Made by a program: the position numbers and the translations under genes
Part shown: positions 9,392 through 19,178 of the stretch, in pieces
Layout: the number at the start of each line of letters is the position of its first letter
Position numbering within the stretch: the first letter of the stretch is position 1
DNA from: Candidatus Diapherotrites archaeon LH_S9
Lineage (GTDB): Archaea > B1Sed10-29 > WALL01 > JAGXON01
Length of the DNA: 64,000 bases
Direction of reading: 5' to 3'
Assembly: GCA_023659865.1 (NCBI GenBank)
Contig: JAGXON010000001.1
Span: forward strand, 45,968-109,967
Notes under the pieces: generated by a model
The model's input: only the letters and a program-made list of their open reading frames with translations
Database searches by the model: none
Told to the model about the DNA's origin: nothing

Positions 9392-11230
9392 TTATCTTTC
9401 GAAGAATTCCTTTATCTCGCGGGCGGGGTCCTCGGCCTTTGTTAGCTGCATGTCTTTCGGGAAGCACTGGAGGTAGTTCTGCCACAAGTATCTTTTGTCC
9501 ATGAACATGACAGCTCCTTTGTCTGACTTGTTTCTTATTAGTCTACCGCTTGCTTGAATGGCTTTTATCATTGCGGGGAACAAGTAGCCGTAGCTCCAGC
9601 CTGCTCCAAATTTGTGTTCGTAGTAGTCGACCAGTGCCTGGGTTTCCAAATCCATTTCTTGTAAAGGGATTCCTACGACGACTACGCCCATCATTTCGGT
9701 TCCAGGGTAATCTATTCCCTCGGATAAAGATCCTCCTGCCACTGCCAGGAGCAGCGCGCCTTCATTGTGGTTTCTTTTGAATCTTCTGACGATTTCCTGG
9801 TTTTGCTCGGGCGTTGATCGTGGTTTCTGGACGAAAGTTTTTGAATCGACGTCAAGTCTCTTGCTTACTTCCTGTAGAACTGAGTAAGACGGGAAGAAGA
9901 TAGCAGTGTTGCCTGAGATAGCTCTAACTACTTGCTCCAGTTCTCCTGACATTTTGGAATACTCTTTTTCTCCTCTTTCAGAGTACCTGGTGGTCGTTGA
10001 ATCCGATATTATATTCATTCGATTGCTTTTTGGGAAAGGTGAAGAGTATTCTCGGGTCACGGCGCCCTGGAACCCCATTATGTCTTCGTACATTTTTTGC
10101 GGTGTCAGTGTTCCGCTCATGGCTATCACGGACCTTGCTCCTTTGATCACGGGCTTGATCGCTGGAGCTGGATCAAGGCATTTGTAGGACAGTGAGTACT
10201 TCCCAGGGTTCAGTGTAGTCATTATTCGGACGTGTTTGTCCGAGTCTTTCTGCCATTCTTCCATGAACTTCATTATTTTGAGGCAGGAGCTTTTGTCTCT
10301 GTTTGTAGCTTCTAGGTAGGTTTTTCCAGTTTCTTTGAGTTCGTTCAACTGGTTTTCCGAGAGCAGTGGAATGCTTTCCTTGCTGCAGAGTTTTTCTTTT
10401 CCATCCATCTCGTCTCCTTGGTTGTGGAAGTATCGGTTCAACCGCTCTAACGGTTTTTTAACGCTAGATCCTGTGACTTTTGCTTCGTTTAAAGCTCTTT
10501 TCAGCATGTAGCTGTTTAAGGTAACGCTCATAACTCTTCTTATTCTTTCTGGAGCGTTGTGTGCCTCGTCTATGATGACGATAGCGTCTTTCAGGTTTTT
10601 TCTTACTTTTGCTAGGAAAACGTCTCGCACTGTTGGTGAGAGAAGGTGGAAGTAGTCACATATTATTGCTTTCGAGTTGTTTGCTTCGAGTACGGTGTAT
10701 TCGTAGGGGCACATGTCGTGTTCTTTACATATTTTCTTTATTTTTTGGGCTCGTTCTATGTTGCTGGTTTTTTTCCTAATTTCTTGCCTGTTCTTTTTTG
10801 CGTCCAGTTTTTCTTTTTTGGTGAATCCTTTTGTTTTCGCGTAGTAATCGCATTCCTCGTTATCTCTTTTTCTTTTGCAGGCTTCGTAGAAGGATTCTGA
10901 GTCCGTGTCTTCGAGTATTTCGTCTGCGCACATGTGTTTTTTTCCGATGACGTCGGTTGCTTTGAATTTGAGGTCGTGTTTTTCTGAAAGTTTTTTTAGT
11001 TCGTTGACTGCTATTCTGTGTTGAGAGATTTTTGGCGTGAGAAAGAATATAGTGGAATTGTTTTCTGTGGCGTGCGTGATTGCTGGTCCGAGCACTGCGC
11101 TGGTTTTCCCTATTCCTGTGGGCGCGTGACAGATGAGGTTTCTTGAGTTTTCCATGCATTTGTACGCGTCTTTAAGTAGTTGTTCCTGGTGTTTTCTGGG
11201 TTGGTCGTGTGAGAAATAGGGTTTTTTCAT
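9392..11230 (-). CDS. xpd: XPD/Rad3-family Fe-S DNA helicase
   Basis: APTGIGKT, DEAH, Fe-S cysteines, SEGIDY, QASGRLIR; ATG at 11230 preferred. Confidence 0.9.
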   Translation of the reverse strand: MKKPYFSHDQPRKHQEQLLKDAYKCMENSRNLICHAPTGIGKTSAVLGPAITHATENNSTIFFLTPKISQHRIAVNELKKLSEKHDLKFKATDVIGKKHMCADEILEDTDSESFYEACKRKRDNEECDYYAKTKGFTKKEKLDAKKNRQEIRKKTSNIERAQKIKKICKEHDMCPYEYTVLEANNSKAIICDYFHLLSPTVRDVFLAKVRKNLKDAIVIIDEAHNAPERIRRVMSVTLNSYMLKRALNEAKVTGSSVKKPLERLNRYFHNQGDEMDGKEKLCSKESIPLLSENQLNELKETGKTYLEATNRDKSSCLKIMKFMEEWQKDSDKHVRIMTTLNPGKYSLSYKCLDPAPAIKPVIKGARSVIAMSGTLTPQKMYEDIMGFQGAVTREYSSPFPKSNRMNIISDSTTTRYSERGEKEYSKMSGELEQVVRAISGNTAIFFPSYSVLQEVSKRLDVDSKTFVQKPRSTPEQNQEIVRRFKRNHNEGALLLAVAGGSLSEGIDYPGTEMMGVVVVGIPLQEMDLETQALVDYYEHKFGAGWSYGYLFPAMIKAIQASGRLIRNKSDKGAVMFMDKRYLWQNYLQCFPKDMQLTKAEDPAREIKEFFER

Positions 11231-11294
11231 ATTCTTTCCTTTTCTTGGTTGATTTAAATAAGGTTGGGGCGTGTTTTTCCGAAGTTTCCGAAAG

Positions 11295-11873
11295 TTAGAC
11301 TGCTTCTTCAGTTTCTTCCGAATCAGGCTTAAAATCTTCGAGGCGGTCGTCGTTATCTTTGTCCGAAGCGTCAAAGTACCTTACAAGCCTGTAGTTAGAA
11401 ACCTCTCCTAGTTCAACATCTTTTTGGAAAGCATCAGCTATTTTTTCTCTTAATGTTTCTTCTCCGAATCGTTCAACAAGAGCTGAAGGACTGGTATTAG
11501 GTCCGTAAACACCTTTTAGTTCGTTTTCAAAGAGATTGTAATGTTCGTTAACAAAGTCCATCCTTATCTCTGCATTCGCCCACTTGTAGCCTTTTTCTTT
11601 CAGCACCTGCTTTAATTGCGGTCCAGTAAGCCTGAAAACGTCAGGATGAGCAAGTTTTCTTCTTACTTCCTCATCCCAGTTATCCACGTTCTCGAGTACG
11701 TCAACTTTTCTTTCAAAGAATCCTCTGTACCCTATTTCGGATCTTATTTCAGCTTTTTTCTTTTTTTCCTTCCTGGTCTCTTCTCCTAAAACGTCCATAG
11801 CTCTTCGCTTCTTTTCTGGTTTTCCTTCAAAAAGGTCTCTGTCTCCCAACAAATTCTTAAACCACTCGAACAT
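11295..11873 (-). CDS. Hypothetical protein
   Basis: 192-aa ORF, no recognised motif. Confidence 0.5.
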   Translation of the reverse strand: MFEWFKNLLGDRDLFEGKPEKKRRAMDVLGEETRKEKKKKAEIRSEIGYRGFFERKVDVLENVDNWDEEVRRKLAHPDVFRLTGPQLKQVLKEKGYKWANAEIRMDFVNEHYNLFENELKGVYGPNTSPSALVERFGEETLREKIADAFQKDVELGEVSNYRLVRYFDASDKDNDDRLEDFKPDSEETEEAV

Positions 11874-11975
11874 ACTAACATTTTTGTTTTAGAAGTTAAA
11901 AAACTTTATGTTTACGACAACCAAAAAACCGGGGAAAAAACGACGAACAAGAACGAAGAGACGAGGAGATCACTA

Positions 11976-13199
11976 CTAATCCTTGATGTACTTCAAGAGC
12001 GCTTCCCTGCTACGGAAGTCCTTGAGTAACGTGCTTTTTTTCTCCCACTCTTTTCCTAACTCGCTTTCTTTCCGAACGTGACCCAGAGCCTGCTTAAGCG
12101 TGTCTGCTTCAAAATCCGGTTCTTTCATCGCGTTCCGAACGTTTTCTCGAACCTGCCAAACACCAACCGGGCACCAGTAATCCGGAGTTATCTCCCGGTA
12201 AACAATTGCTCCAGCCTGTCTCCGCATATCGCGCAGTTTTTCAGTAACCGCTACTCTTGCAGCGTAGTAACCACCAGTCACCTCGTCAGCGTAGTTAGTG
12301 CGCCCGTCATACCTCTCGAAATCCGTTTTGAACACGGGCTCAGCGTCTTCAGAAACCCATATGTTGCCAGGAACATACGTTTCAATCACTTCAAAACCCC
12401 ATTTGCCAGGGAACAGAATCACAAAGAACTTGTTCCCCCACTTCTCCGAAGAAAAAACCATGTAGTCATTAACTTCCTTAAAGTCACGGACCTCTTTCGT
12501 CATCTCTTTGCTAGCGATGTCGTCAGTGGCCGTGATGCTCCAGCGAGTTGGAACCAGTTTCCTGTTCTGTCTTTCGCCGAGCAATCCAACACTGAATATT
12601 TTGGAGATTTTGCTCACGGGAACGTCGTTGCTTGAAAGTTCTTGAACTCCTTTAACTGCCTTCAAGTCATCGTCGGAAACAATTTTATCAACTTTTCTGG
12701 GCACTGACGGGTTCTCCGTTAACTTGAAATCGCTCAAGCTGCCTGAAGGCCCGTAAGGCGGGGAAACGTCGCTGAAGTTAGTGGAAAGTAAGGGTTTTTT
12801 CCTGAAATGAGTTTCAGTGTCCACAGGATCTTTGCTCATGGCCACTTCCTGTAAAGAAACCAGGTCGTACGATGGATCTGGAGCTGTTTCGACTTCCATT
12901 CCTTTTTTTCCGCGAGCCAGGTCGTATCTCATTCCAACCAGTTCGTTGAGGTTGAAGTCTCCCCATTGTTCAGGCGCGTCCAGGATGTCGGGCTGTCCTG
13001 AGTAAGCTATCATTGGTCCGGAAAAGACTTTTGGGTAACCTATTCGGCCGATGAATACTGATGGGGCTCCAGCGAACAAGTCTTTCTTTATCTTGTCTGA
13101 TTTTTTCTTGGCTTGTCTTTTTTTCTGTATGAGTGGGCACTTGCTTTTCCCGCAGAGCATTTTCGTGCCTTTGCACCTGACGCAATCGTAGTTCTTCAT
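11976..13199 (-). CDS. Nre-family archaeal DNA repair protein
   Basis: N-terminal CxxCKG...LCG...CP, RKLVPTRWSITATDD, GGYYAAR, PVGVWQVRE. Confidence 0.9.
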   Translation of the reverse strand: MKNYDCVRCKGTKMLCGKSKCPLIQKKRQAKKKSDKIKKDLFAGAPSVFIGRIGYPKVFSGPMIAYSGQPDILDAPEQWGDFNLNELVGMRYDLARGKKGMEVETAPDPSYDLVSLQEVAMSKDPVDTETHFRKKPLLSTNFSDVSPPYGPSGSLSDFKLTENPSVPRKVDKIVSDDDLKAVKGVQELSSNDVPVSKISKIFSVGLLGERQNRKLVPTRWSITATDDIASKEMTKEVRDFKEVNDYMVFSSEKWGNKFFVILFPGKWGFEVIETYVPGNIWVSEDAEPVFKTDFERYDGRTNYADEVTGGYYAARVAVTEKLRDMRRQAGAIVYREITPDYWCPVGVWQVRENVRNAMKEPDFEADTLKQALGHVRKESELGKEWEKKSTLLKDFRSREALLKYIKD

Positions 13200-13259
13200 C
13201 CACTAGTTTTTGGTTCTCGAAAACTTTAAATGTTGTCAGGAGCATGAAATTGAGGGAAG

Positions 13260-14000
13260 ATGGTTAAGATAAATAAGACTGCTAAAGGAAACTTAGGTAT
13301 TTTTTTCCCGGATGAAGTCGTTAAAGAGCTTGGATTAACCGAGAAAGATGAAGTGGAAGTGGAAGTAGTTCACGGAGATGTTGCAGTCCTTTACCCGAAA
13401 GGAAAGACCTCTAGAAAGAAAGGAACAAAGAAGAGCAAGACAAAGAAAGGTGGGAAAGTCATCCAGAAACTGAAGTCGATTCCTTTCTCTCAAAGAACTA
13501 AGGAAAGAGTCGAGAAAGACCTTTCGAAAAAACAGTTAAATAAATTAAAGAATCTGGAGCAGCAGGGAGCAATCAATTTCTACAAGAAAGGGAAGTACGA
13601 AGACAAAGGCGTTTACAGCATCAGTCAAGAGTACTTCGGCCAGCAAGCTAGTGAAGGAAAAAGTAGCGGGATCAAGGAAGAGATCGCTGAAAAAGGTTAC
13701 GTCAAGATTTCGAACAAGAAAAAGATCGGGCAAGCGATCCGAAGCCTTAAGCCTGAAGTGAAGAACGGGAAGATAATCACGGTCAAGGACTTCAAGAAAA
13801 ATCTTTACGCTGTCAAGAACGAGTTGGTTGAGGACCTAGGGAGCAAGATAATCGCTCAGATCGAGAACGGTAACAATGAACTGGAAGAGATACAGAAGAA
13901 CGTTGACGAAGATCCAGGCCTCTGTAAAGCCATCACCGAAATATTGAGAGAATCAGGGGATTTGATTGAAAAAAGAGAGCACGAGTACGAACTGGCCTGA
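13260..14000 (+). CDS. Hypothetical protein with N-terminal AbrB/MazE-like domain
   Basis: GNLGIFFPDEVVKELGLTEKDEVEV. Confidence 0.55.
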   Translation: MVKINKTAKGNLGIFFPDEVVKELGLTEKDEVEVEVVHGDVAVLYPKGKTSRKKGTKKSKTKKGGKVIQKLKSIPFSQRTKERVEKDLSKKQLNKLKNLEQQGAINFYKKGKYEDKGVYSISQEYFGQQASEGKSSGIKEEIAEKGYVKISNKKKIGQAIRSLKPEVKNGKIITVKDFKKNLYAVKNELVEDLGSKIIAQIENGNNELEEIQKNVDEDPGLCKAITEILRESGDLIEKREHEYELA

Positions 14001-14391
14001 AAAAGAAGAAGGGAAGACAAACTGGGTTCTAATCCCGATGCTCACAGGTAAAGAGGAACAGGAAAGGTTCTTGAGCAAGGTCAGTGAAAAGAATTCGCGT
14101 GTAGTGCTGGCGAACGTCATTGATTCCACGAGAACTAATTTAAGCCCTCAGGAGCTTGAAGGAAGTATTCAGGAAAAAGATAAAGCTATGGAGGAGGCTG
14201 CGGAATTTCTTAGGATGAAGCGAGTGAACGTTAGCACGGCGGAAGAATGGGGTAAGTTTCCTCAGAAGCTCGTGAATATTTTCAAGAAAGAAGAGCTGGA
14301 TCAAGTTATTGTCTTGAACGACGGAAGAGAAGAAACAGAGCAGAAGATCAAGGAACTTAAGTCAACGGAATTGCCAGTGAAAGTTATATAG
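13966..14391 (+). CDS. Universal stress protein-like
   Basis: VLIP...VVLANVID...EWG...LPVKVI pattern of the USP fold; start uncertain. Confidence 0.5.
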   Translation: MKKESTSTNWPEKEEGKTNWVLIPMLTGKEEQERFLSKVSEKNSRVVLANVIDSTRTNLSPQELEGSIQEKDKAMEEAAEFLRMKRVNVSTAEEWGKFPQKLVNIFKKEELDQVIVLNDGREETEQKIKELKSTELPVKVI

Positions 14392-14411
14392 ATTTCTTCC
14401 TCAAATCCATT

Positions 14412-14424
14412 GTTAGGCGATAGT
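14412..14424 (-). repeat. Truncated attC-like inverse core site (R'')
   Basis: Minus strand ACTATCGCCTAAC (RYYYAAC) about 30 nt after the MBL stop codon; no matching right half. Confidence 0.35.
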
Positions 14425-14448
14425 GCGAGAAGATATAGTGAACATACT

Positions 14449-15285
14449 TTAATTATTTTTAATCTCAATTGTTTTTCCTACTCCGTATTCTATAAAATTT
14501 TCTTTGTATTCTTCTGCAAACGCCTCTCTAACTGGATCGCCTGTGCAATGAGATGGTGCAACTTTTTTTACTCCAAGTTCTCTAAACTTTTTAACCACAG
14601 CTATAGGGGGATGATGGAAACCTCCCATAACAAGATATGCCTCGTCTTCCTTCATCAAGTCTCTGGCTTTTTTAACAATATTTACAACTCCAGGATGAGC
14701 ACAGCCAGTAATAACTATCAATCCCTTTTCTGAATCTATAATTAGAGATTGCTCTTTTGGAGGCCCATAAAGCTCTCCAGTGGTATAAACAGAATCAGAA
14801 ATTTTTCTAGGGCCAGAAACATCTACAAATTTAGCTCCTTGGCTGGTTATCATATCTCTGATCGAATTAGGAAAAGAACCTGGGATGAATACGGTAACGT
14901 TACTATTTTTCTCTAAAAATCCTTCTAATCCCCCTACGTGATCTTCATGGATATGAGAAATAACTACTTTATTAATTGATTTGGGATCTATATCCTTCTT
15001 CTCTATATTGAAAAGTAAAGTTTCTGCATCTCCTCCAGTATCAAACAATATTAGTTCTTCAGAGGTTTTTATCACGCATCCGAAACCCCAGGCAGTTTTC
15101 AGAGCAGGATCTACTTGGTAGTTATCGTAAACCGAGACTAAGGTTGCTTCAGATATCTCTTTTTTTTCTGGTTCGATATGGATTTCTGGGGAAGTTGCTT
15201 TTTTGGTCTGAATTAAATACCAACTTCCTATTCCTGCTAAGACCAAGATCCCAACTAAAATCAAGGTTTTGAAATTTTTGTTCGT
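14449..15285 (-). CDS. Membrane-anchored metallo-beta-lactamase-fold hydrolase; start codon appears mutated to ACG
   Basis: LFDTG, SHIHEDHVGG, GCAHPG, GGFH, PSHCTG; in-frame ACG at 15285 would give MNKNFKTLILV, TTG at 15264 is the alternative. Confidence 0.8.
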   Translation of the reverse strand, partial: TNKNFKTLILVGILVLAGIGSWYLIQTKKATSPEIHIEPEKKEISEATLVSVYDNYQVDPALKTAWGFGCVIKTSEELILFDTGGDAETLLFNIEKKDIDPKSINKVVISHIHEDHVGGLEGFLEKNSNVTVFIPGSFPNSIRDMITSQGAKFVDVSGPRKISDSVYTTGELYGPPKEQSLIIDSEKGLIVITGCAHPGVVNIVKKARDLMKEDEAYLVMGGFHHPPIAVVKKFRELGVKKVAPSHCTGDPVREAFAEEYKENFIEYGVGKTIEIKNN

Positions 15286-15286
15286 A

Positions 15287-15928
15287 TTACTCGTCCTCCT
15301 TTATTACTCTTCCTGCTCCTCCTTCAACATATCTCTCTGGAGAAAGAGACTTTATCCCCGACTTATATTGAGTACAATGGGTTGGACAAATCAAATCCAA
15401 GTCCTCCAAAGATTCAGGCCTAGTTCCATGCAAGCCTCCTATAATACCGTAAACCTTGCCAAATTGAGAGGCTACTTGTAGAATATGTGTCATTCTTGGA
15501 TGCGAGCATCCAACTATAACTACAATCCCTTTCTTTGTTTCAATACAGAGCGACTGCTCTATTCCTTCTAACTCGCCTGTGGAGTAAATTCCTTCGTAGA
15601 GCTCTCTGGGGTTTTCTACTTCAATGACTTCTCTTACATTTTTAACCCCTGGAAAAGAAGGAGGAATCCAAACTTTAACTTCGTTATTCACGTTAAGGAA
15701 AGCTGATAAACCTCCAACATGATCAAAATGAGGGTGAGAAATAAATATTTCATGAATTTCTTTAGGATTAATTCCGAGCTTTTGCATATTAGAAAGCAAA
15801 ATATCCCCATTTGCTCCTGTATCAAAGAGTATTTTCCTTCCGTTAGTTTCCACTAGAGCAGAAAAGCCCCAATCAGCTTGAAGGCTTTTTCTATAAGCAG
15901 TATTATCATAAATAATGGTGATTTTCAT
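15287..15928 (-). CDS. Metallo-beta-lactamase-fold hydrolase (COG1237-like)
   Basis: WGFSALVE, LFDTG, SHPHFDHVGG, GCSHP, GGLH, PTHCT. Confidence 0.88.
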   Translation of the reverse strand: MKITIIYDNTAYRKSLQADWGFSALVETNGRKILFDTGANGDILLSNMQKLGINPKEIHEIFISHPHFDHVGGLSAFLNVNNEVKVWIPPSFPGVKNVREVIEVENPRELYEGIYSTGELEGIEQSLCIETKKGIVVIVGCSHPRMTHILQVASQFGKVYGIIGGLHGTRPESLEDLDLICPTHCTQYKSGIKSLSPERYVEGGAGRVIKEDE

Positions 15929-15967
15929 TTTTACTACTTAATTTAGTAAGTGTTCATTACTATTTAA

Positions 15968-16058
15968 GGGGGGGGATCGCTGTATCTTCATCCACACGGA
16001 TGAAGTCTTAGCGACCTCTAGAAGAGGTAAACTCTGCCAATAGTCGCTCGTAGTTCAC
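15968..16058 (+). mobile_element. Miniature IS200/IS605-like relic
   Basis: Preceded by TTTAA; hairpin CTTCATCC-acac-GGATGAAG; AGCGAC/GTCGCT inverted repeat; ends GTAGTTCAC like the right end of the tnpB element in this window. Confidence 0.5.
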
Positions 16059-16064
16059 GATTGC

Positions 16065-16142
16065 GTATAACGTTCTCAGTGTAAAAGAAGCTCGGCGTAA
16101 GCCGGATTTGAACGAAGCGTAGCCGTTTACACAGCGTTATAT
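16065..16142 (-). repeat. Integron attC-like recombination site
   Basis: Minus strand ATATAAC ... GTTATAC ends, internal GTGTAAA/TTTACAC inverted repeat and CGGC-gtaa-GCCG hairpin; follows a truncated ORF. Confidence 0.55.
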
Positions 16143-16508
16143 GACCTGAATGGTAAGGTTGCAAAGCAACTGCAGTGTTCCGAACCCCGTAAATGTTATT
16201 TTAATCTTTTTTCTTCATATACTTACTGCCTTTAATCTTTTAACTAACTTTTCTGCCTCTGTTTTTGCTCTAACGCTTTCAGGAGGTTTTCCTTTTAGCC
16301 AGGATAAAGAAATGAGGGATACGGCTACAAAGATCTAGGAGTGTTAGAAAAAAAGACAAAAGCAGACCTAAAGACAAAGGAATTAAATCCGAAAAACTAG
16401 AAGAAAAAAGAAGAAGAAAAAAGAAACAAGACGCATTCTAGACTCCTCTTCTTCGCCTCAATATCGTAATCTTCTTTCTTCGTCATCAAACACACAAAAA
16501 GAAACTAG

Positions 16509-17063
16509 TTAACCCCTGTCCCGAAGTTCTTTGAAGTCCTCGAGCAAAACATCTTTCTTGCTTGGATCGTAAGCCACGACAGCCGGATGAAACATTGGGA
16601 TTATTGAAAGACTTCCAGAAAGCCTGTTCACCTGAAAACGTTTTCCGTGAACCCTGCTGATTTTCTCGTTTCCCAGATTATATTTTTCAAGCAAGTACTC
16701 GGTAGCAAAACGCCCGAGAGGAACCAGCACCTCTGGATCAATTTCCTTAATCTGCTGATCCAAGTAAGGTGAACAAGCCTTAATCTCTTTCAAAGTCGGG
16801 TCACGGTTCTTTGAAGGCCTGCACTTCACAACGTTAGTGATGTAAACATCTTCTCTAGAAAAATCAATAGATTCAAGAAGTTCGTCGAGCACGGAACCAG
16901 CTCTTCCAACGAAAGGAAGCCCTTGCTCGTCCTCGTTCCGGCCAGGAGCTTCTCCAACGAACATTATGTTTGCGTTTTCGTCTCCGGCTCCAGGCACTGC
17001 GTTAGTTCTTTTCTCGCTCAACTGGCATCTCGTGCAGTTCAAGATCTCTTCATCCAATTCCAT
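16509..17063 (-). CDS. udg: Family 4 uracil-DNA glycosylase
   Basis: CTRCQL, FVGEAPG, PFVGRAG, TNVVKCRP, FHPA. Confidence 0.93.
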   Translation of the reverse strand: MELDEEILNCTRCQLSEKRTNAVPGAGDENANIMFVGEAPGRNEDEQGLPFVGRAGSVLDELLESIDFSREDVYITNVVKCRPSKNRDPTLKEIKACSPYLDQQIKEIDPEVLVPLGRFATEYLLEKYNLGNEKISRVHGKRFQVNRLSGSLSIIPMFHPAVVAYDPSKKDVLLEDFKELRDRG

Positions 17064-17114
17064 GAAACAACTTTTATTCAAACGAGTTAAATAAACTTGC
17101 ACCAAAAACTTAAT

Positions 17115-17168
17115 ACTACCGGCGCTTTCATCCCACAGCTAAAGCAATGGGATTTCCCGCAGTGGTAC
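17115..17168 (-). mobile_element. Solo IS200/IS605 left-end-like hairpin
   Basis: GGAAATCCCATTGCTTTAGCTGTGGGATGAAAG resembles the typical archaeal IS605 subterminal palindrome. Confidence 0.55.
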
Positions 17169-17528
17169 TAAAAATGTGGGATAAATCCGTTTCTATATAG
17201 TCATGTTTACCTTGAGATGTATGAAAGCCGAAAATCATCAAATAAATAAAATAGGTTAACGCTATTGGTGAATTAGGAGTTTACCAATGATATGGGAAAA
17301 TACTCACAGCTAATGGATGAACACAGCAACAGACGCGCAGGAAAAATACTGAACTACCTAAAGTTCACAATCTGTCCTTCCCAGTTAAACTTCCTTGTGT
17401 TTAAGAAGCAGAGTTAGACGAATAACCGCTAGACGGGGTAGTTGTTGTGCACTCAATTAACAAAGCTATTATGACGATTGAAAGTAAAACCGATATTTTC
17501 ACCTATTTTTTAGACAACACTAGTATCA

Positions 17529-17969
17529 TTAATTTTGTGTCAAAACTTTTAAAGAAATCCCTGTTATTAAAGCATAGAATACAAATATCGCCCACAATTC
17601 AAATAACCATGGGTCTGTTAACAACTTAGTTATTGCTGAAACAAATGCAAAACCAGTTAAAATTCCAGTTGACACTCTCAACCAATTAAAACTCCAATTA
17701 TTGAATTTATGAGAACAAATCCAATCGCATAGTATGGGAAAAGGGAGTACTGCAATAACCCAGATTGGGATGACAGCACCGGTAACAGAAAAAAATAATC
17801 CGGGGACTATTCCCAGATATATACCCAAACAACGAGCACAAATGAATATGTCACATACTTGGATACATTTATAGTATTCCTTTGGTTCATGATGGGAAAG
17901 AAGATAACGTTTAGACTCAATTATCGCGTTGTAGACTTCTTTAAATGTATGTTCAATAGAAGAAGCCAC
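17529..17969 (-). CDS. DUF2085-like membrane protein
   Basis: SHH...CARCLGIYLG and RVSTGILTG. Confidence 0.75.
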   Translation of the reverse strand: MASSIEHTFKEVYNAIIESKRYLLSHHEPKEYYKCIQVCDIFICARCLGIYLGIVPGLFFSVTGAVIPIWVIAVLPFPILCDWICSHKFNNWSFNWLRVSTGILTGFAFVSAITKLLTDPWLFELWAIFVFYALITGISLKVLTQN

Positions 17970-17977
17970 CCTTTCAA

Positions 17978-18325
17978 CTACTTTTCAACATACTTCTTTT
18001 GGAACTCTTCATCTGAAGCAAATAGATAGATTATCCCTTCAACAAATCCGACTATAGTTGGAATCCCAGTCCAACAGAAACATAGATATATGATACCTAA
18101 GGCATTTTTCCCTAAATAGAATTTGTGTATACCTAAACTACCCAATAAGATTCCTAAAATTCCTGCAGTCATTCTATCTTTTTGTGAGGAAGCAAACTTT
18201 TGTCTTTGTGAGGAAGCAGACTTTTGTCTTACGCCGCATTTTGGGCATATTTCAGCTTCTTTTTTGATTATCTCTCCACAACTTTTACAAAAACATTCGT
18301 CCGCTGCCGGTTCTGCTGATGCCAT
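17978..18325 (-). CDS. TM2-domain protein with N-terminal zinc ribbon
   Basis: FCKSCG...ICPKCGVRQ; AGILGILLGSLGIHKFYLG. Confidence 0.85.
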   Translation of the reverse strand: MASAEPAADECFCKSCGEIIKKEAEICPKCGVRQKSASSQRQKFASSQKDRMTAGILGILLGSLGIHKFYLGKNALGIIYLCFCWTGIPTIVGFVEGIIYLFASDEEFQKKYVEK

Positions 18326-18555
18326 AAGTATCAAATATATAAAAACATTGCAGTTTATAAATGTTTTGAGGTGGGGAGTGCTATTTCTAACCTTTTTTTG
18401 CATAAATATTGTGTATGCCTGAGGAACGGAAAGATGTCAAGACCACGAGGAAAGAGCGGGAAAATACATCCACTCTCCAGAAATAAGCGAGAAAACAAGG
18501 GAAAAGGAGAAATGGCTCGATTTGAACCCAGTTTCTCACTGGAAAGAAATTCAAA

Positions 18556-18824
18556 ACACCATTACGGCGCTCTGCACTACGAAAAATGGAAAGCCTTCAA
18601 AAAATACGTTGAAGACTTCGGAAACCTTGAAGAATACCCCCCAACGCACGTGGTACTATGGGAACTTCCTCGTGTACGCCACGTCACTTGAAGTAGCCGA
18701 AGAAGTGCTAAAAGAAATGGAAAACGTCTTCACAGAACCAACTGAAGGATCAACAGTATACGCAGACGGAAACGTCCAACACTATCACACAGTAGGATTC
18801 TCTAGCTCCCTATCCCCTTCCTAA
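18556..18824 (+). pseudogene. Frameshifted C-terminal fragment of a DUF2207-like membrane protein
   Basis: KWKAFKKYVEDFGNLEEYPPTHVVLWE in one frame continues as FLVYATSLEVAEEVLKEM in another frame near 18665. Confidence 0.65.
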
Positions 18825-18970
18825 TAAGCCAGAGGTGTTTTGTGGGTGAAGAAGCTGTTTGCTCCAGAGGAGGAATGAGCCGCTGATGCTGGGAAGCAAG
18901 GAGGTCCTGCTGCCAGAGTACATGCCGTTAGAGGCAATCGGCAGGTTCAATAAAATAGAAGAAATAGCGA

Positions 18971-19034
18971 ACGCTTAACTTTCACCAATGACTGTGAGTT
19001 AAGGATATTGAGTGCGCAGGGCTCGGCAAAAAGA
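18971..19034 (+). repeat. Diverged 64-nt copy of terL segment 20032-20095
   Basis: Ungapped manual alignment, 55/64 identical. Confidence 0.9.
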
Positions 19035-19178
19035 GCTCAGTGAACGCGGCGGATGCCAGGGGTTTAAAAAGAAAGGACTGGATAATAAGTATAGGTACGT
19101 AATTCTAAAAGATTTAGAGACCAAGAAAACAAAAAAATTACTTTAAGAAGAGATAATGAAAATTAATCAAAAAAATTA

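Noticed and set aside
14449-15928. Antibiotic-resistance beta-lactamases
   Set aside because: Motifs fit the COG1237-like MBL-fold hydrolases, not class B beta-lactamases
15940-15967. TAATGAAC near the MBL promoter as a third copy of the operator
   Set aside because: Only a half-site with a mismatch, and spacing from the TATA box differs
17405-17455. Possible third attC site (GTCTAAC and GCACAAC on the minus strand after the DUF2085 gene)
   Set aside because: No complementary right half or convincing hairpin could be built
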